Assembly (NCBI GenBank): GCA_021325135.1
Contig: JAJPHT010000015.1
Location: 181,320 to 245,319, forward strand
Reading direction: 5' to 3'
Length of the DNA stretch: 64,000 bases
Source: Pseudomonadota bacterium
GTDB taxonomy: Archaea; Thermoplasmatota; SW-10-69-26; JACQPN01; JAJPHT01
Shown piece by piece: positions 37,765 to 46,418 of this stretch; positions within the stretch are counted from its first letter, which is position 1; every line of letters begins with the position of its first letter. Under the pieces are notes generated by a model, which was not told where the DNA came from, searched no databases, and was given only the letters and a program-made list of their open reading frames with translations. A program made the position numbers and the translations under genes.

Positions 37765-38022
37765 TCAGGGGAGCACGGGGCCGGGGCCGCAGGTGAGGAG
37801 GTCGCAGGGCCCGTAGATGGGCGGGATGCCGTACTGGCAGTGGAAGCCCGTGCCGACGCCCCACGAGTAGCCGACGCAGAGCAGGTAGCCGCCGCAGTCG
37901 TAGGGGCCGGGGTCGTTGTGGAGCAGCGCCGAGCACCAGCCGAAGGCCGAGCCTTCGGGGGCCACGAGGGTGAGACCGGTGGCGGCGACGACGAGCGCGA
38001 TGGCGATGGGGGCGATTCGCAT
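37765..38022 (-). CDS. Secreted six-cysteine mini-protein B (85 aa)
   Basis: Signal ending GSA; C-x12-C-x5-C-x12-C-x10-C-x4-C; GGAGGT SD. Confidence 0.8.
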   Translation of the reverse strand: MRIAPIAIALVVAATGLTLVAPEGSAFGWCSALLHNDPGPYDCGGYLLCVGYSWGVGTGFHCQYGIPPIYGPCDLLTCGPGPVLP

Positions 38023-38102
38023 GGGGTTTGCAACCTCCGGTCGCGGCATGCCATTGAGGCGCATGGTCGTTTCGCATGCAGCCGGCGCGCTGCATCGACG
38101 GG

Positions 38103-38507
38103 TCAACGCAGGCGGCGTTCCCAGGGGCGGATGACCTCGGCCTCCCGCCGGTCGCTCACGTGGACCTGCGCCCAGCCGACGCGCCCCTGGAGGACGGCGT
38201 CGCGGATGGCCTGCTGCTCGGGCGAGAGGCGGCTGCTGGCGGCCTTGATCTCCACGAGGTAGACGGCGTCCTTCTCGAACTGCACGCCGTCCACGGGCTT
38301 GCCCAGGAAGCGGAAGCCGCCGGGGTCCTCGAAGGGCCAGCCGCGCATCCACGGCGCGAACTGCTCGGTGAGGTTGCCGTACTTCGACGACTGGCTGCGC
38401 TTGGCCCGGCGGGCTTCGCGCAGCGCGCGCAGCGAGGCGAGCGCGACGAGCCAGCCGAGGGCAAGGAGGAGCACGAGAAGGAGAAGAAGGGCGTCGGGCA
38501 CGTCCAC
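38103..38507 (-). CDS. Membrane-anchored Holliday-junction-resolvase-like PD-(D/E)xK endonuclease
   Basis: N-terminal TM; EQFAP, RFLGKPVDGVQF, VEIK, LSPEQQAIRDAV. Confidence 0.82.
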   Translation of the reverse strand: MDVPDALLLLLVLLLALGWLVALASLRALREARRAKRSQSSKYGNLTEQFAPWMRGWPFEDPGGFRFLGKPVDGVQFEKDAVYLVEIKAASSRLSPEQQAIRDAVLQGRVGWAQVHVSDRREAEVIRPWERRLR

Positions 38508-38541
38508 GAGGGGGCGAGCCCGGCGCGGAGGATGAACCCGC

Positions 38542-38778
38542 CTAGATGGGGGACGGGCACGCGCCGGGGTCGCAGGGGATCAGCTGGACGCCGACCGTGC
38601 AGCCCTGGAAGTTCCCGTTGGCGTCGCGCTGGTCGCCGACGCACACGAGGTAGAAGCCGCAGTTGCCCGAGAGCGACGTGCAGGCCGCGACGCGGGCCTC
38701 CGCGGGCGCCGCGACGAGGAGCATGGCGCCCAGGAGCGCCAGGGAGACGAGGACGCGCGAGACGATCACGCGGCTCAC
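38542..38778 (-). CDS. Secreted six-cysteine mini-protein C (78 aa; start may be 38769)
   Basis: Signal ending AEA; C-x6-C-x5-C-x13-C-x8-C-x4-C; GTGA overlap with upstream gene. Confidence 0.8.
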   Translation of the reverse strand: MSRVIVSRVLVSLALLGAMLLVAAPAEARVAACTSLSGNCGFYLVCVGDQRDANGNFQGCTVGVQLIPCDPGACPSPI

Positions 38779-38999
38779 TCCTGCGGGGGCGGGCACGGGT
38801 CGCAGGGCGAGGGCGCGGGGATGCCGTGCTCGCAGTGCGTGAGGTGGCCGTAGCTGGTCTGCGTGCCGACGCAGACGAGGTAGCCGTCGCAGTGGCCGGT
38901 GACCGCGTTGCACGTGCCCACGGCGTCGCCGCCGGGCATGGCGAGGGCGATGGCGGAGAGGGCGACGAGGGCGGAGAGGACGAGGGTGGTGGTTCTCAT
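38775..38999 (-). CDS. Secreted six-cysteine mini-protein D (74 aa)
   Basis: Signal ending GDA; C-x6-C-x5-C-x12-C-x9-C-x2-C. Confidence 0.8.
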   Translation of the reverse strand: MRTTTLVLSALVALSAIALAMPGGDAVGTCNAVTGHCDGYLVCVGTQTSYGHLTHCEHGIPAPSPCDPCPPPQE

Positions 39000-39022
39000 G
39001 ATATCATTCCTGGGTTGCGGTC

Positions 39023-39274
39023 TCACTCGAGGGGCTTGCAGTATTGGCAGGGGTAGCCGTAGACGCCCCACTCGCAGCCGGTGACGCGGCCCTGGGAGTC
39101 GTACTGGGTGGGCTCCCAGCAGATGGTCCAGGGGCAGTGGTTGGCGTCGCCCGCGACGCCGACGCCCAGGGCGGTGCAGAAGGCGATGGGGTCGCTGGCG
39201 GAGCCGGCGGGCGCGACGAGCGTCGCCGCCGTGCCGGCGAGCAGAAGGGAGAGAACGAGGATCGTGGTGCGCAT
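39023..39274 (-). CDS. Secreted six-cysteine mini-protein E (83 aa)
   Basis: Signal ending GSA; C-x13-C-x4-C-x14-C-x8-C-x2-C; GGAGG SD. Confidence 0.8.
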   Translation of the reverse strand: MRTTILVLSLLLAGTAATLVAPAGSASDPIAFCTALGVGVAGDANHCPWTICWEPTQYDSQGRVTGCEWGVYGYPCQYCKPLE

Positions 39275-39381
39275 GGGGGTTGTGCCTCCGCCGCGGGGAA
39301 TGCCATTCCGTAACATGGCCCTTTCGCGTCACGGCAAGGGGCGAGCCGGACATGTCTGGGCGCAGCCGCCGGGGTGCGGCC

Positions 39382-40173
39382 TCACGCCAGCGCGACGGCG
39401 CGCCCCTCGGAGGTCCGGGGCGCGCCCAGGAGGTGCGCCCGCGCCTCGGGGCAGTCGCGCAGGAAGGCGCGCAGCGCGTCCTCAGCCCGCGACTCCTCCC
39501 CCTTGAAGCGCAGCGTGACGCGCCGCTCGCCGTGGTGCGGGTAGCTCCCGATCTCCACGTCGCCGAAGCGCTCCGCCACCGCGCCCAGCGCCGCAGCGAA
39601 CGCCGCCTCCGCCATCTCCACCTCCGCCTCCACGAGGCCCACCTTGGCGCCGGCGGGCACGATGCGGCCCACGACGCCCTGCTCGAAGATGCCCACCAGC
39701 TCCGCCGGCACGCCGGGCATGACCACCAGCGCGGCCGCGCCCTCGCGCAGCACGTAGCCGGGCGCCGCGCCCACGGGGTTCTCCAGCACCTCGGCGCCCT
39801 CGGGCACGGTCACCATCTTGCGTGCGGCCTCGATGGCGTGCTGCGGCACGTTGCCGCGCTTGTTGTAGCGCTCCAGGAGGCGCTGCCAGGAGGGCTCATG
39901 CGCCACGAGGCGCCGCCCGAAGCGCGCCGCGATGGCCTCGGTGGTGCGGTCGTCGTGGGTGGGCCCCAGGCCGCCGCTCACGAACACCACGTCGGCCAGC
40001 GGCAGCGCGTGGTCGATCTCCGCCGCGATGGCGTGCGCCTCGTCGGGCACCACGATGACGCGCCGGAGACGATGGCCCAACTGGTGGAGCCGCTGCGCCA
40101 GGAAGTGCGCGTTCGCGTCGCGGGTGTGGCCTGCCAGGAGCTCGTCGCCCACCAGGATCACGGCGGCCTGCAC
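39382..40173 (-). CDS. CinA-like molybdopterin-binding domain protein
   Basis: VGDELLAG..DANA, VPDE, SGGLGPTHDDRT, MPGVPAE, IGSYP. Confidence 0.88.
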   Translation of the reverse strand: MQAAVILVGDELLAGHTRDANAHFLAQRLHQLGHRLRRVIVVPDEAHAIAAEIDHALPLADVVFVSGGLGPTHDDRTTEAIAARFGRRLVAHEPSWQRLLERYNKRGNVPQHAIEAARKMVTVPEGAEVLENPVGAAPGYVLREGAAALVVMPGVPAELVGIFEQGVVGRIVPAGAKVGLVEAEVEMAEAAFAAALGAVAERFGDVEIGSYPHHGERRVTLRFKGEESRAEDALRAFLRDCPEARAHLLGAPRTSEGRAVALA

Positions 40174-40406
40174 GGAGGGGTGAACGAAGGGACACGAAAA
40201 AGGTGTTCCCCCTGTTGAAGGCGCAAATTGACGGGGCGCTCAAGGGGGCAATCCCATTCTACGTGCCTTCTTGTTTGTCGTCATAATTCGGACGCCGAGT
40301 ATTTCTGTTATTTTGTCGTGAATCATCATTTTCTCAGAAAATACAATTGATGAATGTGGGGGAAAAGGATTAAACGTCGGTTTGCATTTTCTTTTGTGGG
40401 GCTGTA

Positions 40407-40718
40407 ATGTATTTCCTAAGGCCTATCTTTCTCACTTGCTTGCTCGTGATTGTGATCAGCCCCAGCCCTGCCGCCGCTACAGGGTGCTATGACCGTCCTC
40501 TGGGTGGGTCAATTTGGATTCCAGACCAGAATGGGCCTGCAGTCATCGGCACTTTCAAAGACTACTGGGGGTGCACCTATACTGGAGAGGGTGTGAAAGA
40601 TCCGAGTCTTGGATGCACGTCCTATGGTTGCGCCTACAACGGACGCTGGACTCAATCCGGATCTACGATGGACTCCGTGATCGGAACGGTCGAGTACGTT
40701 CTGAACATGACACATTGA
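40407..40718 (+). CDS. Low-GC small secreted protein (103 aa)
   Basis: Signal ending AAA, four mature Cys, atypical codon usage, TTAAA ~35 nt upstream. Confidence 0.55.
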   Translation: MYFLRPIFLTCLLVIVISPSPAAATGCYDRPLGGSIWIPDQNGPAVIGTFKDYWGCTYTGEGVKDPSLGCTSYGCAYNGRWTQSGSTMDSVIGTVEYVLNMTH

Positions 40719-40853
40719 GATTTGATCCGGACCTCGCTCTCAATGGGTATAGGATTGGACCGTGCGTCCAACACCCTATCCTCAAGCTTTATAAGCGGAC
40801 TCGCCGCGTCAACCCTGCCCGAAGCGCGGAGGCAACGCCAGTTGGACAGCAGG

Positions 40854-41507
40854 ATGGTGAAGGCCGCAGCCGCAGCCGCCCTGGGGATCGTCCTTCTTCT
40901 GCCCACGTTCAACGCGCTGAACAACTCCTACGTCCAGAACGTGCCCCCGCCCCCGTGGGTCCCGACGCCCAGCACGATCCCGGACATCACGCCCCCCTCC
41001 GACTTCAAGCCCCCGCCGGACTTCAAGCCGCCCCCGGACTTCGACGCCTCGAAGTACAAGGGGCAGATCCCTCCGGGTGGCTGCCCTCCGCCCATCATCC
41101 AGGTGATCAAGGAGGCGACGTTCAACGACAGCATCACGCAGTCCAGCAACGGGCTGCTCCCCATCGGGAACCCCACCTCGTACGACCTGGCGAGGGACTT
41201 CTCCCCGCCCAACGGCACCTACGCGATCATCGGGTTCGTCAATCTGACCCAGTGGGAGGGCACCAACTTCACGGCCACGGTGCACCAGCCCGGCGGTGGC
41301 TCGTGGAGCGGCTACGGCAACAACACCATGAGCCCGCCCCGCCAGGAAGACGAGTCCATCCTCTACAACTCCTACGAGGCCCTCGGGCACAAGCCCGCGC
41401 CCTCGGGGCAGTACACGCTCACGCTCCACGCGGACGCGCCCTTCGTGCAGGGCGACATCCGCAGCACGTTCTACTCCATCATCCCCTGCGGAGGACTCCT
41501 CAAGTGA
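40854..41507 (+). CDS. Secreted/membrane-anchored protein with Pro-rich PPDFK repeats
   Basis: N-terminal hydrophobic segment; first gene of the MoxR operon. Confidence 0.7.
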   Translation: MVKAAAAAALGIVLLLPTFNALNNSYVQNVPPPPWVPTPSTIPDITPPSDFKPPPDFKPPPDFDASKYKGQIPPGGCPPPIIQVIKEATFNDSITQSSNGLLPIGNPTSYDLARDFSPPNGTYAIIGFVNLTQWEGTNFTATVHQPGGGSWSGYGNNTMSPPRQEDESILYNSYEALGHKPAPSGQYTLTLHADAPFVQGDIRSTFYSIIPCGGLLK

Positions 41508-42403
41508 TGCGCCTCGTCCTGAAGCCTGCCGGCGTGAAAGCCCTGTGGATCGGAGGCGGCGCCCTCGTGGGGCTCGCCGTGGGGGCGCTTATCGCGAACT
41601 TCGACGCGGCCGTGGGGCTCGCGCCGATCTGGCTGCTCCTCTGCGTGGCCTACGCGGGCGGCATCGGCTTCTTCCTGCGCGAGAAGGACGCGGCGCCCCG
41701 CGAGGCGGCCCGCGCCGCGGCGCCCGCCCCCGCGCCGGTCCGAGCCTCCGCGCGCCCCGCCCCCGCGCCGCTGCCGCGCGGCAACGGCCTCTCGGTCCTT
41801 CTCGACCTGCCCGACGTGCCCGAGGGCTTCCCCACGGTCATCGGCGAGCGCGAGACGGTGCGCGTCGTCGTCTCCGTCCAGACCGTCTCCGGCCCCGCGA
41901 CCGGCGCCGCGGTGCGCCTCGCCAGCGCGCCCCGCGACGGCGCGCGTGCCCTGGCGGGCGAGGGCGTCACGGGCGCGGACGGCACCGTCGCGTTCACGCT
42001 CCACGCTCCCGGAGTCGGCGAGCTTCTCCTCGACGCCGAGGCGAGCCTCGAAGGGCTCACGGGCTTCGCCAGCGCGACGGCCAGCGTCGTGCGCTACGAG
42101 GAGGAGATCGCGCGCCTCTTCGGCGAGTTCCGCTCCTTCGCCATCGGCCTGCTGGGCCCCGACGCCGAGGCGTGCACCGCCCGCGAATTGGCCGAGCGCC
42201 TGCGCGTGGGCTCCGACGCCGCCTCCGCGCGCGCCCTGCTGGAGCTGGCGCGCATCTACGAGCTTGTCGCCTACGGCGAGCGCGAGGCGGACCGCCGCCT
42301 CTACCTGGCGCTCATGCAGCAGCTCCTCGTGCTGGAGCGCGCCGACCTGCCGCAAGCGGGCGGCTCCCCGGGCGCCTCGCCCCCCGCGCTGACGGAGGTC
42401 TGA
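41507..42403 (+). CDS. Membrane protein with Ig-like and DUF4129-like C-terminal domain
   Basis: Two TMs; TARELAERL..LARIYELVAYG; TGATG coupling. Confidence 0.65.
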   Translation: MRLVLKPAGVKALWIGGGALVGLAVGALIANFDAAVGLAPIWLLLCVAYAGGIGFFLREKDAAPREAARAAAPAPAPVRASARPAPAPLPRGNGLSVLLDLPDVPEGFPTVIGERETVRVVVSVQTVSGPATGAAVRLASAPRDGARALAGEGVTGADGTVAFTLHAPGVGELLLDAEASLEGLTGFASATASVVRYEEEIARLFGEFRSFAIGLLGPDAEACTARELAERLRVGSDAASARALLELARIYELVAYGEREADRRLYLALMQQLLVLERADLPQAGGSPGASPPALTEV

Positions 42404-42406
42404 GCG

Positions 42407-43279
42407 CTGCTCGAGCCCCTGGTCCCTCCGCGTGCCGGCCGCATGCTCAACCTCGCGGGCGCGGGCCTCTCCGCGTTCGCGTTCCTGCTCTCCACCACCG
42501 TGACCACGGTGAGCGGCGTCATCCCCGTCACCATCCTCGCGCCGCTCCTCGTCGTCGCCTTCGGCCTGCGCGTCGCGGGCATCAGCCACGCCCTCTCCAA
42601 CGGGCGCGCCGTCATGGCGTGGTCGCCGCGCGTCGCGTCGTGGGTCTTCTTCGGCGCCGCCGCGCTCCTCCTGGGCCTCTCGGGTTCGAAGTACGTCGTG
42701 GCCCTCTTCGCCGCGTTCCTCGTGCTGGACTTCGCCGCGGGCTGGACCAAGCGCGACCTGGACGAGAAGGGCGCGAAGGAGCGCAAGGCGTTTCCCTACC
42801 GGAAGGCGCTTCTCGTGGCGGCCGCCATCGGCTACGCCGCGCTGGTCGCCGCGTTCCAGATCCTCTACGCGCGATATCTTTCCTACGGCGAGCTGATCAC
42901 GTGGGCGCTCATCGGCGCGGGCTTCGCCGTCGCGCTGCGCCTCTGGCTCGCGGGGCCCAAGGCCGGCGACGCGTGGCTCTTCGCGCCGCGCGACCACCGG
43001 CGCCACGAGCGCCGCGAGGCCCGCGTCCTGGACCCCAAGCGCGTGCGCGCCGAGGCGGTCCTCGACGCCTTCCGCGCCCGAGGCGACGCCGCGCCCTTCC
43101 TCCAGTTCGTCCGCGACTCCGCCACCGCCGCCGACCTCGCCGAGGAGGACGTGCGCGCGCTGGAGTCGCGCATCCTCGCGTCCATCGCCCGCGCCGGCAC
43201 CAACCGCGACGCGGACGCGCGCGCCGCCCTCGACGAGGTCGAGCGCATCCTCTCCCTTCGACGCTCCCAGGAGTTCTGA
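42407..43279 (+). CDS. Multi-TM hypothetical protein (CTG 42407 or ATG 42443 start)
   Basis: About 6 TM segments; GGAGGT 7 nt before CTG. Confidence 0.7.
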   Translation: MLEPLVPPRAGRMLNLAGAGLSAFAFLLSTTVTTVSGVIPVTILAPLLVVAFGLRVAGISHALSNGRAVMAWSPRVASWVFFGAAALLLGLSGSKYVVALFAAFLVLDFAAGWTKRDLDEKGAKERKAFPYRKALLVAAAIGYAALVAAFQILYARYLSYGELITWALIGAGFAVALRLWLAGPKAGDAWLFAPRDHRRHERREARVLDPKRVRAEAVLDAFRARGDAAPFLQFVRDSATAADLAEEDVRALESRILASIARAGTNRDADARAALDEVERILSLRRSQEF

Positions 43280-43281
43280 CC

Positions 43282-44292
43282 ATGAAGACCGACGACTACC
43301 TCGAGGCCTCGCACGCGGTGTACAAGGACGAGGTCAACAGCCTGCAATCGCTCATCCGCGGCGTGGGCCGCAGCATCGTGGGCAAGGACGTCGTCGTGGA
43401 GAAGCTCATCGCGGGCGCGCTCGCCGGCGGCCACGTCCTCATGGAGGACTACCCGGGCCTGGGGAAGACGCTCCTCGTGAAGACCTTCGCGCGCAGCGTG
43501 AGCGCGGACTTCAAGCGCGTGCAGTTCACGCCCGACATCCTGCCTTCCGACATCCTGGGCACGAAGATCTGGAACCAGGAGACGCGCCAGTTCCAGCTCT
43601 ACAAGGGCCCCATCTTCACCAACATCCTGCTGGCCGACGAGATCAACCGCGCGCCGCCCAAGACGCAGAGCGCGCTCCTGGAGGCGATGGAGGAGCGGCA
43701 GGTCACCATCGACGGCGAGACGCACAAGCTCCCGCGCCCCTTCTTCGTGCTGGCCACGCAGAACCCCGTCGAGCAGGAGGGCACGTATCCCCTGCCCGAG
43801 GCGCAGATGGACCGTTTCCTCATCCGCCTGAGCATGGGCTACCCCGCGACGGACGAGGAGGAGGCCGCCATCCTCCAGCGCCGCGCCGGCTGGGCCAAGG
43901 ACGACCCCACCGGGGACTACAAGCCCGTCATGGACCTCCAGCAGTTCGACGCCCTGCGGCAGCGCGTGGAGAACGGCGTCATCGTCAGCAGCGACGTCAT
44001 GCTCTACATCGGCCGCGTCGTGCGCGCCGTCCGCGCCCACCACCAGGTGCGCGTCGGGCCCAGCCCGCGCGGCTCGCTGGCCCTCTTCAAGCTCAGCAAG
44101 GCGCTCGCCCTCCTGCGCGGCCGTGACTTCGTCGTTCCCGACGACGTGAAGACGTTCGCCGTCGACGCCCTCGCGCACCGCACGCTGCTGAAGGTGGAGG
44201 ACCTGCTGGCGGGCGGCTCGCCCGAGAAGGCCGTGCGCGAGGCCATGGCGACCGTCCCCGTCCCCGCCGCGAAGCCGCGCCGGCTCTCGTGA
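43282..44292 (+). CDS. moxR: MoxR family AAA+ ATPase
   Basis: PGLGKT, RVQFTPDILPSD, LADEINRAPPKTQSALLEAM, TQNP, SPRG. Confidence 0.95.
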   Translation: MKTDDYLEASHAVYKDEVNSLQSLIRGVGRSIVGKDVVVEKLIAGALAGGHVLMEDYPGLGKTLLVKTFARSVSADFKRVQFTPDILPSDILGTKIWNQETRQFQLYKGPIFTNILLADEINRAPPKTQSALLEAMEERQVTIDGETHKLPRPFFVLATQNPVEQEGTYPLPEAQMDRFLIRLSMGYPATDEEEAAILQRRAGWAKDDPTGDYKPVMDLQQFDALRQRVENGVIVSSDVMLYIGRVVRAVRAHHQVRVGPSPRGSLALFKLSKALALLRGRDFVVPDDVKTFAVDALAHRTLLKVEDLLAGGSPEKAVREAMATVPVPAAKPRRLS

Positions 44293-44301
44293 GGATCCAT
44301 C

Positions 44302-45615
44302 ATGGCCCGGCCGAAAGAGAGGACCGAGGATGACGCCAAGGGCCTGGCGCCCTTCGGCCGCGCGCTCGCCACCGCGGGCGCCGCCATGCTCACCCTCGGC
44401 CTCGCCTTCGGCGACTACCCGTACCTCATCATCGCCGTGATGCTCCTGGGCCTCTGCTACTGGGCGCGCGGCCACGCGGTGCCCGGCCTCTCCGCCACGC
44501 GCACGCTCTCCCGCCGCGAGGTCCGCGCGGGCGACACGGTGGACGTCTCGGTGGAGGTGCGCAACGAGGGCGCGCAGCCCGTGGGCCTCTCGCTCCACGA
44601 CAAGGCCCCCGACGCGTTCTCCCTGGAGGCAGGGGGCAACTTCGGCGCCGGGTGGCTCGCCCCCGGCCAGCGCGCCACGCTGCGCTACCGCCTTCGCCCG
44701 CCGCGCCGCGGCACGCACCCCGTGGGCGCGCTGCGCGCCACGGCCTACGATCCGCTCTTCCTCCAGAGCGCGCCCGTCTCCGAGGCCGCGCCTGCGGACG
44801 ACGTCACGGTCCACCCGCGCACGCCGCCCGCGCCGCGCATCCGCACCAGCGCCGCGTGGGGCCGCACGCTCCTGCCCGGAGGCGACAAGGCGTCGCGCGG
44901 CATCCTGACCAACGACTTCCGCGAGCTTCGCCCCTACGCGCGCGGCGATCCCCTCAAGAGCGTCAACTGGAAGGCCACGGCCCGCGAGAGCCGCGAGGAC
45001 CTGAGGCTCATCGTCAACGACTACGAGGTCGAGGGCAAGAAGGTCGTCTGGCTCTTCGTCGACGCAAGCCCCTACACCGTGGGCGGCACGAACCTCGGCA
45101 GCGTGTTCGACGAGATCGCCAGCGGCGCGCTCGCCGTGGCGGGGCACTACCTGGACATGGGCCACCGCGTGGGCTTCACGCTCTTCGGCGCGGGCCAGAC
45201 GCGCATCCTCTACGCCGAAGGCGGCGACGCGCAGGAGCGGCGCATGGCGGCCCTCCTCGCCACCGCGATGCCCGGCGAGCCGGGCGAGGACGTGCAGCGC
45301 GCCGTCGAGGCCGCCAAGGGCTTCCTCGCCCGCGAGAAGCCCCTCGTCTTCGTCTTCACGCTCCCCGGCCGCGACCCGGGCCTCGCCAAGGCGCTCCTCT
45401 CCGCGCGCGCCCTCGCCAGCACCGGCCGCCGCCCCGCGCCCGTCGTGTGCGTGACGCCCATCCTCCCCGGCGACGGCAGCACCGCCGCGCGCATCGTGGC
45501 CATCGAGGAGAAGGCGCAGCTGAAGGGGCTGGAGCGGCGCGGCATCACCGTCATCCGCTATCACCCGCAGCGCGCGCCGCTCCAGGCGCTCCTCGCCAAG
45601 GGGGTGCTCCGCTGA
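44302..45615 (+). CDS. DUF58 domain protein
   Basis: FRELRPYARGDPLKSVNWKATAR, LFVDAS. Confidence 0.9.
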   Translation: MARPKERTEDDAKGLAPFGRALATAGAAMLTLGLAFGDYPYLIIAVMLLGLCYWARGHAVPGLSATRTLSRREVRAGDTVDVSVEVRNEGAQPVGLSLHDKAPDAFSLEAGGNFGAGWLAPGQRATLRYRLRPPRRGTHPVGALRATAYDPLFLQSAPVSEAAPADDVTVHPRTPPAPRIRTSAAWGRTLLPGGDKASRGILTNDFRELRPYARGDPLKSVNWKATARESREDLRLIVNDYEVEGKKVVWLFVDASPYTVGGTNLGSVFDEIASGALAVAGHYLDMGHRVGFTLFGAGQTRILYAEGGDAQERRMAALLATAMPGEPGEDVQRAVEAAKGFLAREKPLVFVFTLPGRDPGLAKALLSARALASTGRRPAPVVCVTPILPGDGSTAARIVAIEEKAQLKGLERRGITVIRYHPQRAPLQALLAKGVLR

Positions 45616-46301
45616 GCACGGGCATCGGCTTCGTGGACGAGAAGATCGACGCGCTGCGCGCGCTCCCGCCCGGAAGCCTCGCCCGCCGCGCGCTCTACGC
45701 CTTCCTCGTGGGCCTGGGCGTCACGCTCACGGGCTATGGCAGCATGTTCGTCAAGGACACGCCCGCCATCCCCTACAAGCTCATCCCCGACCTGCGCGGC
45801 GCGCTCTTCCTCCTCAGCGGCACGACGCTGGGCCTCTATGCGGCCTACGGCCGGTCGAGCCACCGCACGTGGGCGCTCTGGGGCGTCCTCGCGTTCGTCA
45901 TCGGCTTCCACCTGGAGGAGGCGACGGTCCACTGGATCGGCCCTTTCCCAGGCAGCATCACGGGCATCCGCGTCGGCCTCCTGGGCACCGCGGGCTCGCT
46001 CCTCGCCATCGCCGCCGTCGTGCTCCTCCACGTCGAGGTCGAGTCGTCGCGCCTCGCGCAGGACCTCGACAAGCGCGGCGCCGGAAGGGACTCGGGGCTC
46101 GCCGTCGCGGAGGGCCTGCGCGGCGAAGGCGCGCGCCGCGTCGTCGCCGTCGCCGCAGGCGCCGCCGGGCTCGGGCTCCTCGCCATCGTGTCGGAGAAGA
46201 TCATCGGCAACGGCGCGACGGGCGGCGTCTACGTTCTGTTCCTCGGGAGCGCCATCCTCTTCGGGCTCGCGTTCGCCTTGGTCCGGTTCGGGCGCCGCTG
46301 A
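45612..46301 (+). CDS. Multi-TM hypothetical protein (CTG start inferred)
   Basis: About 6 TM segments; CTGA overlap with the DUF58 stop; next GTG at 45633. Confidence 0.65.
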   Translation: MSTGIGFVDEKIDALRALPPGSLARRALYAFLVGLGVTLTGYGSMFVKDTPAIPYKLIPDLRGALFLLSGTTLGLYAAYGRSSHRTWALWGVLAFVIGFHLEEATVHWIGPFPGSITGIRVGLLGTAGSLLAIAAVVLLHVEVESSRLAQDLDKRGAGRDSGLAVAEGLRGEGARRVVAVAAGAAGLGLLAIVSEKIIGNGATGGVYVLFLGSAILFGLAFALVRFGRR

Positions 46302-46304
46302 AGC

Positions 46305-46418
46305 CCAAACGCGGGGGGATTCGGGGGGCGGAAGCCCCCTGACGTGAAGGAAAAGTCCGGCAGACGATCAAAACGTCAGGGGGCTGCGCTCCCTGAAACC
46401 CCCGCTTTTGGCGCCGCC
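46305..46418. repeat. Palindromic REP/MITE-like element, copy 2 (reverse orientation)
   Basis: CCCCCTGACGT-core-ACGTCAGGGGG filling the gap between two convergent stops. Confidence 0.85.

Noticed and set aside
37516-39274. Six-Cys peptides as SCIFF/ranthipeptide or lanthipeptide precursors
   Set aside because: They have hydrophobic Sec-type signals and no radical SAM, LanM or peptidase-transporter gene nearby; disulfides are more plausible.
40990-41045. PPDFK tandem repeats
   Set aside because: Short coding Pro-rich linker, not an independent element.
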